From the NCBI GenBank assembly GCA_012841015.1, contig DUVN01000014.1, positions 65,663 to 129,662 on the forward strand: 64,000 nt of DNA, in the 5' to 3' direction. The position numbers and the translations under genes were made by a program. The DNA is from Clostridiaceae bacterium (GTDB lineage: Bacteria; Bacillota; Clostridia; Saccharofermentanales; DTU023). This document shows, one piece after another, positions 9,500 through 19,462 of the stretch. The notes below the pieces were generated by a model. It searched no databases. It saw nothing but the letters and a program-made list of their open reading frames with translations, and was not told where the DNA came from. Positions within the stretch are counted from its first letter, which is position 1, and each line of letters begins with the position of its first letter.

Positions 9500-10030
9500 T
9501 TATGGACCAATTTGAAAGTCATCTCCTGAAACAGCGTGCAAATACACTTCTTCAACATCTTCTTTCGATCGTTCTTTCACTTCGTAAACGAGCTCAAACT
9601 CATGTGCCAATCTATTGACGCGCGTCAGCAACTGCTTCCTTGCGATGATGCCGAGAAAACTTTTGTCTCGTTCGGTGACGCAAAGGTAGTTAGAGTTTAC
9701 TAGGACGTGGAGGATATCTTCAAAAGGAGAATCTCGATAAACGAGAGGGACGTTAGTTGTCATGACGTCTTTTACTTTGCGGACGGGTAGCAGATCCCAG
9801 TTATAGTCTTCATTTTCAAGCAAACCATTGATGATGGCTGGCATTGCAATGATGCCAGCGACGCGAGACGATTCGTCTAATACGGGAACCGAAGTGAAGC
9901 CGACACTTGACAATAGTAACAACGCATGAAGCAATGTGTTTTCAGTTCTGACGGTGGCGCACTGGGCGGCTTCGATCATCAGGGGATCTTCACCTTGTAT
10001 CAGAAACTTCCCAATATGTTTACCAATCAT
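9500..10030 (-). CDS. CBS-domain pair protein
   Basis: Two CBS-like repeats (SVPVLDESSRVAGII..., LCVTERDKSFLGII...). ATG 10030 is preceded by GAGAGGA; the track ORF starts at TTG 10045. Confidence 0.8.
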   Translation of the reverse strand: MIGKHIGKFLIQGEDPLMIEAAQCATVRTENTLLHALLLLSSVGFTSVPVLDESSRVAGIIAMPAIINGLLENEDYNWDLLPVRKVKDVMTTNVPLVYRDSPFEDILHVLVNSNYLCVTERDKSFLGIIARKQLLTRVNRLAHEFELVYEVKERSKEDVEEVYLHAVSGDDFQIGP

Positions 10031-10306
10031 GAGCGATCCTCTCAATTGTTGGACTCCAGAGAAGCCATTGACGTTCGTTTTGAAAGTACGACAGACTTAA
10101 TACCACGTTGTAGGATATGGGTGCACATGAACAAATTTCTTCGTTCAGTTGATCTGTTCGAAGAAATTCCCCATAGCTCCTTTCCTTGAAACTATTCATA
10201 TTGTACAGTAATACTCCTATAAAAGGGCAAACAAATTGTGAACAATGATCGCGCAGATGTCACAAATAAGTGATGCAAATTATGATAACGATGATAAAAT
10301 ATAAGC

Positions 10307-10978
10307 ATGGAATCACACATGATGAAGCTTGATGAAGCAAATCGACTTCTCGACGCTGGACAATTTTCCAAGGCGCGAGATCTTTTTTCTGCGCTTATTT
10401 TGGATGTTGAGGCGACACCTCCCATTAAAGGTCGTGCGCGTCTCGGTGAGGTTCGCTCTCTGATTGGACTCGGACAAATAGATGAGGCAATTCAATTAGT
10501 TGAGCGAATACTTGCAGGTCATGAGCGGCAAGTTCATCCGAATCTTCGTCCTTCTTTTCTACACGAGCGGGCGAGGTTGGCTGAGCTTCAGGGTGACAGA
10601 CAGGGGGCCATCGTCTATTACCGTGAGGAGTTGCTTTTTTTGTCATCGTCTATGCCTCATTATTTCTCTAGGCTCGCTGACAACTACATTAAGCAGGGGA
10701 CAGTTTTCTTCGAGCTCGGGGACAGGGCGGAATGCGAAATCTATTTGAGATTGGCTCGAGATTATGCCGACCGAGTGACATCGGAAAAGGCATATGCTGC
10801 TTTATTGGTGTTAAAGGGACGTTGTTTCGCGGAAGACGGTGAACTGTCGAGGGCGCTTGATGTTTTTTGTGAAGCGCGCGATCTGTACATAATTAAGGGG
10901 TTATTTTATGAATCTGCATCTGTCAACAAGAGGATTGCGAATGTTCGATGTAGAATGGAGAGAGGCAGAGTATTGTGA
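10307..10978 (+). CDS. TPR-like repeat protein, hypothetical
   Basis: Repeated approximately 34-aa helical A/L/Y-rich units (e.g. AGQFSKARDLFSALI, GQIDEAIQLVERIL, GDRQGAIVYYREEL). No closer assignment is possible. Confidence 0.55.
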   Translation: MESHMMKLDEANRLLDAGQFSKARDLFSALILDVEATPPIKGRARLGEVRSLIGLGQIDEAIQLVERILAGHERQVHPNLRPSFLHERARLAELQGDRQGAIVYYREELLFLSSSMPHYFSRLADNYIKQGTVFFELGDRAECEIYLRLARDYADRVTSEKAYAALLVLKGRCFAEDGELSRALDVFCEARDLYIIKGLFYESASVNKRIANVRCRMERGRVL

Positions 10979-12402
10979 AAGATGAAGGTAAAGAGAAACA
11001 ACTGACATCTCGAGCTATTAATAGCGAAGATATTTTGAAAGGATCGATTGTCCCGGTCCTTTTTTCTGTATCCGTCCCGATGATGATTACCAACTTAATC
11101 AATGCTGTATACAATCTGGCGGACGGACTATGGGTAGCGCAACTCTCGCTCGTTGATTTCTCTGCGACAAGTTTTGTTTGGCCTCCACATTATCTATTTG
11201 TATCTTTGGGTGTCGGCATTTCGATTGCGGGGACAGCGATCATCTCACAGCTAATCGGTGCTGGTGAGGATGAGCGAGCCGAATCGTATGCGACACATAT
11301 TTTCATTTTTTGTTTTGTTCTAGGTTTATTTTTCTCTATCGCTGGCTATGCTTTAGCGCCTTACATTATCAAAGTCATGGGTGCTACGGGAGAGCTTTAT
11401 GCTGCGGCCACGACGTATCTTTCTATCCTGATGGTTGGATTTGTATTTGAAATGGTCTACTTATCGTTTAATGCGATCTTAGGAGCTCAGGGTAAAACGC
11501 GCGTGACAACGAGGATTAGTGCAGTGTCGGCTATCCTTAATATTGTCCTCGACCCGATTTTTATTTTTACACGCATTCCTTTCGTCAATCTTCCCGGGTT
11601 AGGGATGGGGATCGCAGGTGCGGCGTGGGCGACTGTTATCTCGCAGGCTGTTCGTATGCTTTTGGGTGCGATGGCGATTCGTTCCGATGTCAATGAGGTG
11701 AGACTGCGTTTTAGAAATACAAAACTGACTTTTTCACAATTTACTAGACTCGCCCGCACGGGTTTCCCGACGGCGCTCGGGCAATCGAGTGCGGCGCTCG
11801 GATTTACTCTAATGCACTCGCTCATCGTCGATTATGGCAATGCGACGATTACTGCATACGCTGCAGTTAACCGTATCAATAGCTTTGTTATGATGCCGGC
11901 TTCCGGTATCGGCAGTGCACTGACGCCGCTTGTCGGGCAGAATATGGGAGCTGACAATCGCGAAAGGGCGAGAGATTTTGCTCGTACAGCCTTTCGCTAC
12001 ATCACGTATATATCGGTCGCAGGCGGCTTCTTAATGTGGCTTTTGCGCCATCCAGTGCTCTCGCTCTTTATCCGTGAAACGGGTGAACATGCTGATCTTG
12101 TCTGGGAGCAGTCATTGGAATATATGATTTATTCTGCATTCATGACACCCCCAATGGGATATTTTAGTGCGTTCGCGGGGATTTTTAGCGGTGCCGGGTA
12201 CCATCGATACGCCGCGTTCATTTCAATTTTTCGATTGTGGGGTATCCGACTTCCACTCATCTACTTCTTTAAGTCGGCAACTTCACTCGGTGCGACAGGC
12301 GTTTGGATCTCCATGCTCGCATCTAATATACTTATCATCCTTGTGGGGGCGATCATCTATCAGAAAGGCAAGTGGTACACGGATCCGATCGTCCGTCACT
12401 GA
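10975..12402 (+). CDS. MATE family efflux transporter
   Basis: 475 aa, about 12 TM helices, MATE-typical N-terminus (PVLFSVSVPMMITNLINAVYNLADGLWV). The GTG start overlaps the upstream stop (GTGA). Confidence 0.85.
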   Translation: MKDEGKEKQLTSRAINSEDILKGSIVPVLFSVSVPMMITNLINAVYNLADGLWVAQLSLVDFSATSFVWPPHYLFVSLGVGISIAGTAIISQLIGAGEDERAESYATHIFIFCFVLGLFFSIAGYALAPYIIKVMGATGELYAAATTYLSILMVGFVFEMVYLSFNAILGAQGKTRVTTRISAVSAILNIVLDPIFIFTRIPFVNLPGLGMGIAGAAWATVISQAVRMLLGAMAIRSDVNEVRLRFRNTKLTFSQFTRLARTGFPTALGQSSAALGFTLMHSLIVDYGNATITAYAAVNRINSFVMMPASGIGSALTPLVGQNMGADNRERARDFARTAFRYITYISVAGGFLMWLLRHPVLSLFIRETGEHADLVWEQSLEYMIYSAFMTPPMGYFSAFAGIFSGAGYHRYAAFISIFRLWGIRLPLIYFFKSATSLGATGVWISMLASNILIILVGAIIYQKGKWYTDPIVRH

Positions 12403-12597
12403 TGTGTCGTCGTTTCATGTTTACGGTTGTATGTCGTAGAGTATGAGACATCACATAATAGTATCTGTGAATATATCTTGGGTACTTAGTGCTTTCATTT
12501 TTTACGTATAATAAAAGATAGATACGACATTTTGATAAAGTGCTCCTAGAGTTTTTTCTGTAACGTTGAATCAAGCGATGAGCAGTGATGAGGTTAG

Positions 12598-13680
12598 ATG
12601 ATGGCTGTTTTATTGAGGTATACTTTGTTATTGTCCAATGCGGTGTTTGTGCCGAGTGTCTGTGCCAGTACGCATCCGGCATTGATTGCGTCAATTGTTA
12701 TCGGCGCTATCCTTCTCGTCTTCTTATGGTTTGAGATTTCTCTAGGTCGTGTATTGTTTCGTTACGCGACGAAGCCGCCAGAAGGACAGACCATTCAAGG
12801 TAGTGTATCGTATGTCTCTGAAGAGACGGTCGCATACTTTGAATCAGCGAAGAAGGTCAAAGAGGAATTGCTCACAGGTGGTGAGACAGAACTTGAAATA
12901 GAGCGTGATGGTCTTAAACTCCGCGGAGTCTATATTCCTGCATTTCCAGGATCAGTTGAGAATTGTGCGTTCGGGAACGGATGTGTTATCCTTGTACACG
13001 GTTGGCGCGATACGAGCGGAGCGAGAATTCTCGACGCGCGACCGTACCTTGAGGAGGGTATTTCTGTCTTTTTACCTTCACTGCGGGGGCATAACCTTAG
13101 TGAGGGAAAGAGGATCGACATAGGGTGTAAACACTACGACGATTTATTCGTATGGATGGATGAGCTCGACAGGCGTTTAGACGCGAATGCTCCAGAGTGG
13201 TATGTACTCGATGGGCTGTCTATGGGTGCTTCTGCTGTACTGACAGCGAGTGGCGATGAGCAACTTCCGAAAAAGGTTGTCGCTGTGATTTCTGATTGTG
13301 CGTTTACATCGCTTATCGATCAGGGCAAATGGCTGACGCGCGGAATAAGTCCGATTTTGCGTGTTCCCGCCTTCTTCTTTGCTAAAATCTTTTTCTATTT
13401 TATGCAAGGATATAGGCGACACGATCCGACTGCACTCTCGAATGTGGCAAAGGCGACCGTTCCGATTTTTATCATTCACGGCAGTGGAGACAAGTTCGTG
13501 CCTACGTGGATGTCGCAACAATTATTTGAAGCGTGTTCTTCAGAAATTAAAGAGTATTGGGTTGTTGAGGGTGCTCAGCACGCTTTATCTGCTTTCGTCG
13601 CAGGTCCTGAATATCCGAGGAGGAAACTATCCTTTATCGGGAGAGCGATTGCCAAGAGGTACGGTACCAACACGTTGTAG
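12598..13680 (+). CDS. Membrane-anchored alpha/beta hydrolase (S9/BAAT-like)
   Basis: N-terminal TM segment, nucleophile elbow GLSMGA and a C-terminal IIHGSGDKFVP motif. Confidence 0.75.
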   Translation: MMAVLLRYTLLLSNAVFVPSVCASTHPALIASIVIGAILLVFLWFEISLGRVLFRYATKPPEGQTIQGSVSYVSEETVAYFESAKKVKEELLTGGETELEIERDGLKLRGVYIPAFPGSVENCAFGNGCVILVHGWRDTSGARILDARPYLEEGISVFLPSLRGHNLSEGKRIDIGCKHYDDLFVWMDELDRRLDANAPEWYVLDGLSMGASAVLTASGDEQLPKKVVAVISDCAFTSLIDQGKWLTRGISPILRVPAFFFAKIFFYFMQGYRRHDPTALSNVAKATVPIFIIHGSGDKFVPTWMSQQLFEACSSEIKEYWVVEGAQHALSAFVAGPEYPRRKLSFIGRAIAKRYGTNTL

Positions 13681-13866
13681 AGGTGAGTGGATGACGTTAA
13701 TGCCACGTTAATATGCCGATCAATGACACAATATATAATAAATACGAATAGAAAGAGAGGAGTATCAAAAGAGTACGTAATCATCATGTTAATGCGGAAT
13801 CATTGCACGCCCTTAGCGCAGGCTGCAAGTTACCCTTTGATATGTGATTCAACACACTTTCACAGC

Positions 13867-14700
13867 ATGAACAATCAAATTATATTGAAGTTACTTAAAG
13901 AAGCAGATGAATCGCTATCGGGGGAACGGATAGCGACAAAACTCGATGTATCGCGCACGACCGTTTGGAAAATGATCGATGCTCTTAGAAAACAAGGATA
14001 TGTGATTGAAGGCGTCCAAAATCTGGGGTATCGCTTGGTTAGTGAACCGTACCTTTTCTCCGAAGAAGCGCTTAGAAATCGACTGTCTTCCGATTGGAAA
14101 GACCTGTATATTCGCTGTTTTGAGACGATCACGTCAACTAACATTTTTGCACGTGCAGCGGTCAGTGACGGAAAGCTTCCATGTCTCATCGTTACGAATG
14201 GACAGACTTCTGGAAGGGGGCGGCGTGGGAAGGCTTTTTTATCCCCTTATCACGTTGGACTCTTTTTTTCGCTTGCCTTTCCTTGGAATTGTGAAGAGTC
14301 ACCAGTTCTTGTGACGACAATGTCGTCAGTTGCCGTGTGTCGCGTTCTCGAAAGAGAATTAGGGGTGCGTGCCGACATCAAAAGGGAGAATGACATTTTC
14401 TTTGAAGACAAGAAGATTGGTGGTATTTTAACTGAAGAGATGTCCGATCCTGAGTCGTCAGAAGTAAAGGTAATCATTCTAGGTATCAGCATGAATTTGG
14501 AGCACCCTTCGGAGGATTATTTTGTTGAGTTGCAGGATAAGGCTGGTGCCTTGTCAGATGCTATAGACCGTACGACTATTGATGCTGACAATCCAGTTTT
14601 TGCAGAGGATGAGAAGGGCAATCTTGCATTTAATCGTAATACCCTTACAGCGATGATGATCAATGAGCTTGCTAAGATCATGCATGAGCTCCCCAGTTGA
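13867..14700 (+). CDS. birA: Bifunctional biotin-[acetyl-CoA-carboxylase] ligase / biotin operon repressor, truncated by an in-frame TGA
   Basis: N-terminal wHTH (ILKLLKEADESLSGERIATKLDVSRTTVWKMIDALRKQGYVIEG) and catalytic core (GQTSGRGRRGKAF, KRENDIFFEDKKIGGIL). The same frame continues after TGA 14698-14700 to 14868 and encodes the expected C-terminal domain. Confidence 0.85.
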   Translation: MNNQIILKLLKEADESLSGERIATKLDVSRTTVWKMIDALRKQGYVIEGVQNLGYRLVSEPYLFSEEALRNRLSSDWKDLYIRCFETITSTNIFARAAVSDGKLPCLIVTNGQTSGRGRRGKAFLSPYHVGLFFSLAFPWNCEESPVLVTTMSSVAVCRVLERELGVRADIKRENDIFFEDKKIGGILTEEMSDPESSEVKVIILGISMNLEHPSEDYFVELQDKAGALSDAIDRTTIDADNPVFAEDEKGNLAFNRNTLTAMMINELAKIMHELPS

Positions 14701-14910
14701 GAGTATCTTGACGATTACTGTAACCGTTGCTTCATTGTCGGGAGGCAAGTTGTTCTCGACGATGGTCGCACTATTGTGCCGACCGGTATTTCAGGTAATA
14801 ATGGTGCGCTCACTTACTGTGATGCGGACTGCCGAGATTGTGAGCTCGTGCAGGGTCTTGCCGATTGACAGTCTCGAAATATATAAAACATACCTAAATT
14901 AGAAATACAA

Positions 14911-14946
14911 TAACTGATCATTCTATTCAATAATCAGTCATTTTTT
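14911..14946 (+). terminator. Rho-independent terminator candidate downstream of the extended birA frame
   Basis: ACTGAT (14913-14918) and ATCAGT (14933-14938) form a stem followed by CATTTTTT. Confidence 0.45.
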
Positions 14947-15060
14947 GATTAATATCTACTCTATTTCTACATATTCATATGCTACAATAACATTAGTATT
15001 GTTATTTAGAGCTAAATCGTTTACTGCTGACTTTGTATGAAATAAATGTGGGGCAATATT

Positions 15061-16746
15061 ATGCTGGACAAAAATAACCTTTTGATTGAATTAAGGGATA
15101 TTTTGCAAGTCAGTTTGTTGAAAGATGCTGAAGTATTGGCGGGAGGCGACGGCATGACCAATCGTATTGTCTCTGTCAGTATTTTGGATGTTCCTGAAAA
15201 TATTGATTGTGTTCGTCCCGGAGAATTCCTGTTGACGACGGCTTACATTTTTAGTAATGATCTTGGGTCGTTTGAGCGCCTTATTTCCCAGCTGAAGGAA
15301 AGACAAGTCTGTGGAATGGGCATTAAATTGCAGAGGCATATCAGTGAGGTGCCTGATAGCGTGTTGAGGATAGCTGATGAGATCTCATTTCCCATCATAC
15401 GGATTCCTCAAGCTGTGCCGTTTGGAGACCTCATTAGGGAGATCTTTAACCAGATTGTCAACAAACAGACGAAATTACTCGGCCGCATCAAAGACTTTAA
15501 CTCGAATGTGCGCAACCTTATGTTGCGCCGCGGAGGTATGAAGGCGATTGCTGAACAGATCTACCGTTTCGTATGTGCGCCTGTCGCGGTCTTTGACGAA
15601 TTCTTCCGCGATGTTCACTTTCAATGTATCGATCGAAACAAGGAGATGATAATCGAAGATGACTTAAAGGATGTGCTGGCCAATGCTTTCGTACGACGAT
15701 ACCCGCAATTTTCTGAAATACGTATTGTTCAGTCGATCGTGACGAAACATTTCATTAAGCGTTTTGTTATCCCTATTTACTTTGACAACGTGTATTACGG
15801 CAGTATCTTTTTGTGGGATACGGAGAATTCTATGCGGATGCAGGACTTATTTGTGATCGAATCGGTGACTCCGCTCATTGCGCTCGATATTCTGAACCGG
15901 ATTACACTCGTAGAGCGCGAAAACGTCGATCAGACAACATTTTTAGAGCAACTGCTCAGTGAAGATGAAAAGGAACAGAGTAAAGCGATCGAGAGTGCTG
16001 AAATTTTTCTGTTTCAACCAGAGATGCCGAGCCAGTGTATCGTCATTATGATGGAGCAGGAGAAGCAGTACCAGTTGACACCCGATCATGCGCACATGGC
16101 CAATAACCTCAATACAATTCTATTACATTTGACAAACCGTTTGAAACAGGAATACGACGGATATTTCCTTGTGGCACGCAAAAGCGATCGCGCTGTCTTT
16201 CTATTGCAATTTGACAATAACGACACAGCAGACAGGAGGTATGCCAGTACGAAGAGCTTTGTCGATACACTGATTAAATGTATCGATGAGAAAGGGGAGC
16301 TCGATCATACGTACATTGGTGTTGGCACATGTGTTGACACGTATCGTTCTTTATCGTTGAGTTTACTACGCGCGGAGCAGACCGTCCGTATACTGATGGG
16401 TCGGAAGGAGAGGGTGACTCCTGTTCTCTATTACGATGAATTGGGGCTGCTCCGCGTTCTAGGGCATCCGTTCCTCAGAGATGAGGTTCTCGCTTATGCC
16501 GATGAGATTCTCTTGCCGCTTGAAGCGCACGATAACAGGCAGCAAGGTGACCTGATCGAAACGATTCGCGCGTACTTAGCTACCGGTGGAAATTTAAAGC
16601 GTGTGTCGGAGATTTTGTTTACCCACTATAACACGATTATTTATCGTATCAACAGGATACGCGACGTTTACGGTATTGATCTGCGTGATCCTGAAATGGC
16701 ATTCCGTATTCAGCTCGCGATGAAAATAAGAGAACTCATCCGGTAA
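15061..16746 (+). CDS. PucR/CdaR family transcriptional regulator
   Basis: The C-terminal PucR-type HTH (LIETIRAYLATGGNLKRVSEILFTHYNTIIYRINRIRDVYGIDL) follows a large N-terminal sensory region. The alternative start is 15046. Confidence 0.8.
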   Translation: MLDKNNLLIELRDILQVSLLKDAEVLAGGDGMTNRIVSVSILDVPENIDCVRPGEFLLTTAYIFSNDLGSFERLISQLKERQVCGMGIKLQRHISEVPDSVLRIADEISFPIIRIPQAVPFGDLIREIFNQIVNKQTKLLGRIKDFNSNVRNLMLRRGGMKAIAEQIYRFVCAPVAVFDEFFRDVHFQCIDRNKEMIIEDDLKDVLANAFVRRYPQFSEIRIVQSIVTKHFIKRFVIPIYFDNVYYGSIFLWDTENSMRMQDLFVIESVTPLIALDILNRITLVERENVDQTTFLEQLLSEDEKEQSKAIESAEIFLFQPEMPSQCIVIMMEQEKQYQLTPDHAHMANNLNTILLHLTNRLKQEYDGYFLVARKSDRAVFLLQFDNNDTADRRYASTKSFVDTLIKCIDEKGELDHTYIGVGTCVDTYRSLSLSLLRAEQTVRILMGRKERVTPVLYYDELGLLRVLGHPFLRDEVLAYADEILLPLEAHDNRQQGDLIETIRAYLATGGNLKRVSEILFTHYNTIIYRINRIRDVYGIDLRDPEMAFRIQLAMKIRELIR

Positions 16747-16833
16747 TGCTAAGCAGTTACAATCAGTCGACACTTAATCGAGGGTGACCAACTGGACTTT
16801 TTTCTGTACAATAGTCAATGTCTGGTCACTTAT

Positions 16834-16910
16834 GGTCCCGTAGCTCAGCAGGATAGAGCGGCCGCCTCCTAAGCGGCAGGTCGCGCGTTCGAATCGCGCC
16901 GGGATCACCA
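16834..16910 (+). tRNA. tRNA-Arg (anticodon CCT)
   Basis: Hand-folded cloverleaf: acceptor GGTCCCG/CGGGATC, anticodon stem GCCGC/GCGGC with loop CTCCTAA, T-arm GCGCG-TTCGAAT-CGCGC, encoded CCA. Confidence 0.92.
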
Positions 16911-17035
16911 GAAAAGCCATGTTATTGAGTGCGATTACATCGCTTTTATGTGAACAGATGAGTGGCGTGCCGTTCTCAGTTCCTCTACGAGGAATAGTGT
17001 ATTGTAAACGGTGAGGGATGGCTGTGCTTGAGTGC

Positions 17036-17063
17036 TTGACCGTGTTGATAAACCTGTTATAAT
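17036..17063 (+). promoter_or_regulatory. SigA-type promoter candidate for the rimP-nusA-infB operon
   Basis: TTGACC (17036-17041), a 16-nt spacer, then TATAAT (17058-17063). Confidence 0.55.
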
Positions 17064-17090
17064 TAAGTGGCACAGCGTGTATCGGGTCGA

Positions 17091-17116
17091 AAGAGCGGGG
17101 TGGTCCGCTCTTTTGT
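17091..17116 (+). terminator. Leader terminator/attenuator hairpin upstream of rimP
   Basis: AAGAGCGG (17091-17098) and CCGCTCTT (17105-17112) form an 8-bp stem running into a T-tract, between the promoter candidate and the rimP start. Confidence 0.5.
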
Positions 17117-17153
17117 ACGTAAGGGTCGATCATCGACAGTAAGGAGAGTTGGC

Positions 17154-17618
17154 GTGCGTTTAAGAAAGATGAATAGAGGGCGCATCTTTGAAGCGGTCAC
17201 GCCTGTTGCGAAGTCGCTGGGTCTTGATTTGCTTGATGTGATTTACGTGTATGAGAATGGGAGGACTATTCTCCGACTGATTATCGATAAACGTGGAGGA
17301 GTCGGCATAAAGGATTGCGAGTCGTTAAGTGAGATTGCTGATTTAATCATCTCCAATGAGCTCGGAATCGACGATTTCGATGTTTTTGAAGTCTCGTCGC
17401 CCGGGATTGATAGACCGCTAAAAACGATGGATGACTTCATCCGCCATGAAGGAGCTTATGTTAAGTTAAGCCTTTACAGGGCCATTGATGGAGAGAAGCG
17501 ATTGTTCGGTCACCTCATCGTTGACGGTGATCGCATTGGTGTAGAAGTGGAAGGCGGGGGACGGCTACTTTTTGATTTAGAGCAAGTCGCGAATGTGAAG
17601 CGCGAGATTGTTTTCTAG
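17154..17618 (+). CDS. rimP: Ribosome maturation factor RimP
   Basis: Typical RimP sequence (LGLDLLDV..., EVSSPGIDRPLK) directly upstream of nusA. GTG 17154 follows AAGGAGAG; the alternative is ATG 17169. Confidence 0.85.
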   Translation: MRLRKMNRGRIFEAVTPVAKSLGLDLLDVIYVYENGRTILRLIIDKRGGVGIKDCESLSEIADLIISNELGIDDFDVFEVSSPGIDRPLKTMDDFIRHEGAYVKLSLYRAIDGEKRLFGHLIVDGDRIGVEVEGGGRLLFDLEQVANVKREIVF

Positions 17619-17723
17619 CATTAAAGTATGAACTGATTGTTGGACAGACTGGAGTGTGCTTGAAGGTAGATTATGAGGACGGCCGATCATTCATAAGATC
17701 GGGATGATGTTGAAGGAGATTGA

Positions 17724-19091
17724 ATGAACCACGAATTTATTGAAGCACTAAAGCTTCTTGAAAAAGAACGCGGCATTGAGATGGAAACATTGATCGAGGC
17801 GATCGAGGGTGCACTTGTCGCTGCCTATCGGCGCGAATTTGAAATCCGCTCAAAAGATCGCGACAAATCGCGCGAACGGGAAGCTCTAGGTGGTGGCCAG
17901 GAAAGTGAATCAAAAATTATTGAAAATGATGGTATTACAGCGCATATTGATCGTCGCACCGGTGAGATGCGTGTCTATCAACCGATGACGGTCGTCGAGA
18001 AGGTACAGGATCCCAACAGCGAACTCTCTCTTGAACAGGCACACGCACTTTCACCAGAACTGGAGCTCGGAGACCAACTCGTGCGTGAAGTCGATCCTTC
18101 ACATTTTGGCAGGCTCGCGGCACAGACCGCCAAGAGTGTCATCAATCAAAAACTCTCACAAGCGGAGAAAATGCGCATTCACGAAGAGTTCTCAGGTCGT
18201 GTGGGCGGTCTTGCGAGCGGTATTGTTCAGCGGCGAGACCGTAATGAGGTTCTCGTGGACATCGGGCGCGCTCAGGCCGTGCTCCCGTATAATCAACAGT
18301 CGCGTCTCGACAACTATACGTTCAGGAAACACATGCGTTTCTACATTCAGAAAGTTGATCAACGTGACCATCGCCCCGTGATCATGATCTCGAGAAGTCA
18401 TCCGGGTCTTGTCAGGCGTTTATTTGAACAGGAAGTGCCTGAGATTGGTGCCGGCATCGTTGAGATTGTGAGTATCGCGCGTGAGGCAGGTTCGAGAACA
18501 AAAGTAGCTGTGACGAGTCACGATAAGAATATAGATGCTGTCGGAGCCTGTGTCGGGCAACGCGGGATGCGCGTCCAATCGGTTATCACAGAACTCAACG
18601 GCGAGAAGATTGATGTGATCGAGTGGAATCCCGATATTGCTGAATTTATCAGTAGCGCACTCTCGCCGGCGCGTGTCATGCGTGTTGTACTCGATGAAGA
18701 AGAGCAGAGCGCTCGCGTGATTGTCGCCGACCACCAATTATCGCTCGCTATCGGTAAAGAAGGTCAAAACGCCCGTCTCGCTGCTAAGCTGACAGAATGG
18801 AAGATTGACATCAAGAGCGAGTCTCAATACAGGGAATTGCTCGAGGCGAGCTGGTTGTCCGATTTCGATGAAGCTGTTGCCGCTGACGAGGCGGATCGTG
18901 CTGAAGCGATGGGTGAAGATACCCCTGTGGTTGTTGACGAGCTGGACGACATGCCCGTAAAGATACCGTCACCTGAGAGTTATCTCAATGTGATTGAGAG
19001 TGCTATTGATGCACTAGAGGAAGATGTTGATGAAGACGTCGACGAAGAGAGCCAGCAAGATCTAGTGGAAGGTGGCATCCGTATTGAGTGA
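17724..19091 (+). CDS. nusA: Transcription termination/antitermination factor NusA
   Basis: Canonical N-terminus (EFIEALKLLEKERGI), S1 and KH domains (AIGKEGQNARLAAKLTEWKIDIKS), and an acidic C-terminal tail. Confidence 0.95.
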   Translation: MNHEFIEALKLLEKERGIEMETLIEAIEGALVAAYRREFEIRSKDRDKSREREALGGGQESESKIIENDGITAHIDRRTGEMRVYQPMTVVEKVQDPNSELSLEQAHALSPELELGDQLVREVDPSHFGRLAAQTAKSVINQKLSQAEKMRIHEEFSGRVGGLASGIVQRRDRNEVLVDIGRAQAVLPYNQQSRLDNYTFRKHMRFYIQKVDQRDHRPVIMISRSHPGLVRRLFEQEVPEIGAGIVEIVSIAREAGSRTKVAVTSHDKNIDAVGACVGQRGMRVQSVITELNGEKIDVIEWNPDIAEFISSALSPARVMRVVLDEEEQSARVIVADHQLSLAIGKEGQNARLAAKLTEWKIDIKSESQYRELLEASWLSDFDEAVAADEADRAEAMGEDTPVVVDELDDMPVKIPSPESYLNVIESAIDALEEDVDEDVDEESQQDLVEGGIRIE

Positions 19092-19455
19092 CCGGCGACG
19101 TAAAAGGCAACCTTTGCGCACTTGTATCGCCTGCCGTGTAAAGCGTGAACAGCGTGATCTGATGCGTGTGACGGCGTCGAAGGATGGCGTTGTCATGTTG
19201 GACAGTGAACAGAAGATGCCCGGCAGGGGCGCTTACCTATGTTATCGTAACGAATGTGTTGCAAGGGCGAGAAAAAGAGATTCACTCCAAAGAGCGCTGA
19301 GATGCTCTATACCGGAGGAGATCTGGGAAGATATTGAGTGTGCCTTGGCAGAAGTGTTGGCTTTGGACGACACATTAACATACCAGCGGGTGCAGGACAG
19401 TGCAGCAAGTGAAGAATGCATCGGTGCGGAAGGCGTCGAAGGATGGGAGGAATGA
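19072..19455 (+). CDS. ylxR: YlxR/RnpM family (DUF448) RNA-binding protein
   Basis: [20 protein letters not shown]...GRGAYLC motif, conserved position between nusA and infB. Confidence 0.85.
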   Translation: MASVLSDRRRKRQPLRTCIACRVKREQRDLMRVTASKDGVVMLDSEQKMPGRGAYLCYRNECVARARKRDSLQRALRCSIPEEIWEDIECALAEVLALDDTLTYQRVQDSAASEECIGAEGVEGWEE

Positions 19456-19462
19456 ACTGAGT

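Noticed and set aside
14698-14700. Alternative genetic code (TGA as sense, code 4 or 25) or selenocysteine at the birA TGA
   Set aside because: Long ORFs throughout the window are uninterrupted under the standard code, and several genes terminate with TGA (ecfT, gcvPA, nusA). I found no convincing SECIS-like hairpin in the 60 nt after the TGA. A global recoding explanation is therefore unsupported.
16774-17133. 119-aa minus-strand ORF
   Set aside because: It runs antisense through tRNA-Arg(CCT) and the rimP promoter/leader, and has no RBS.
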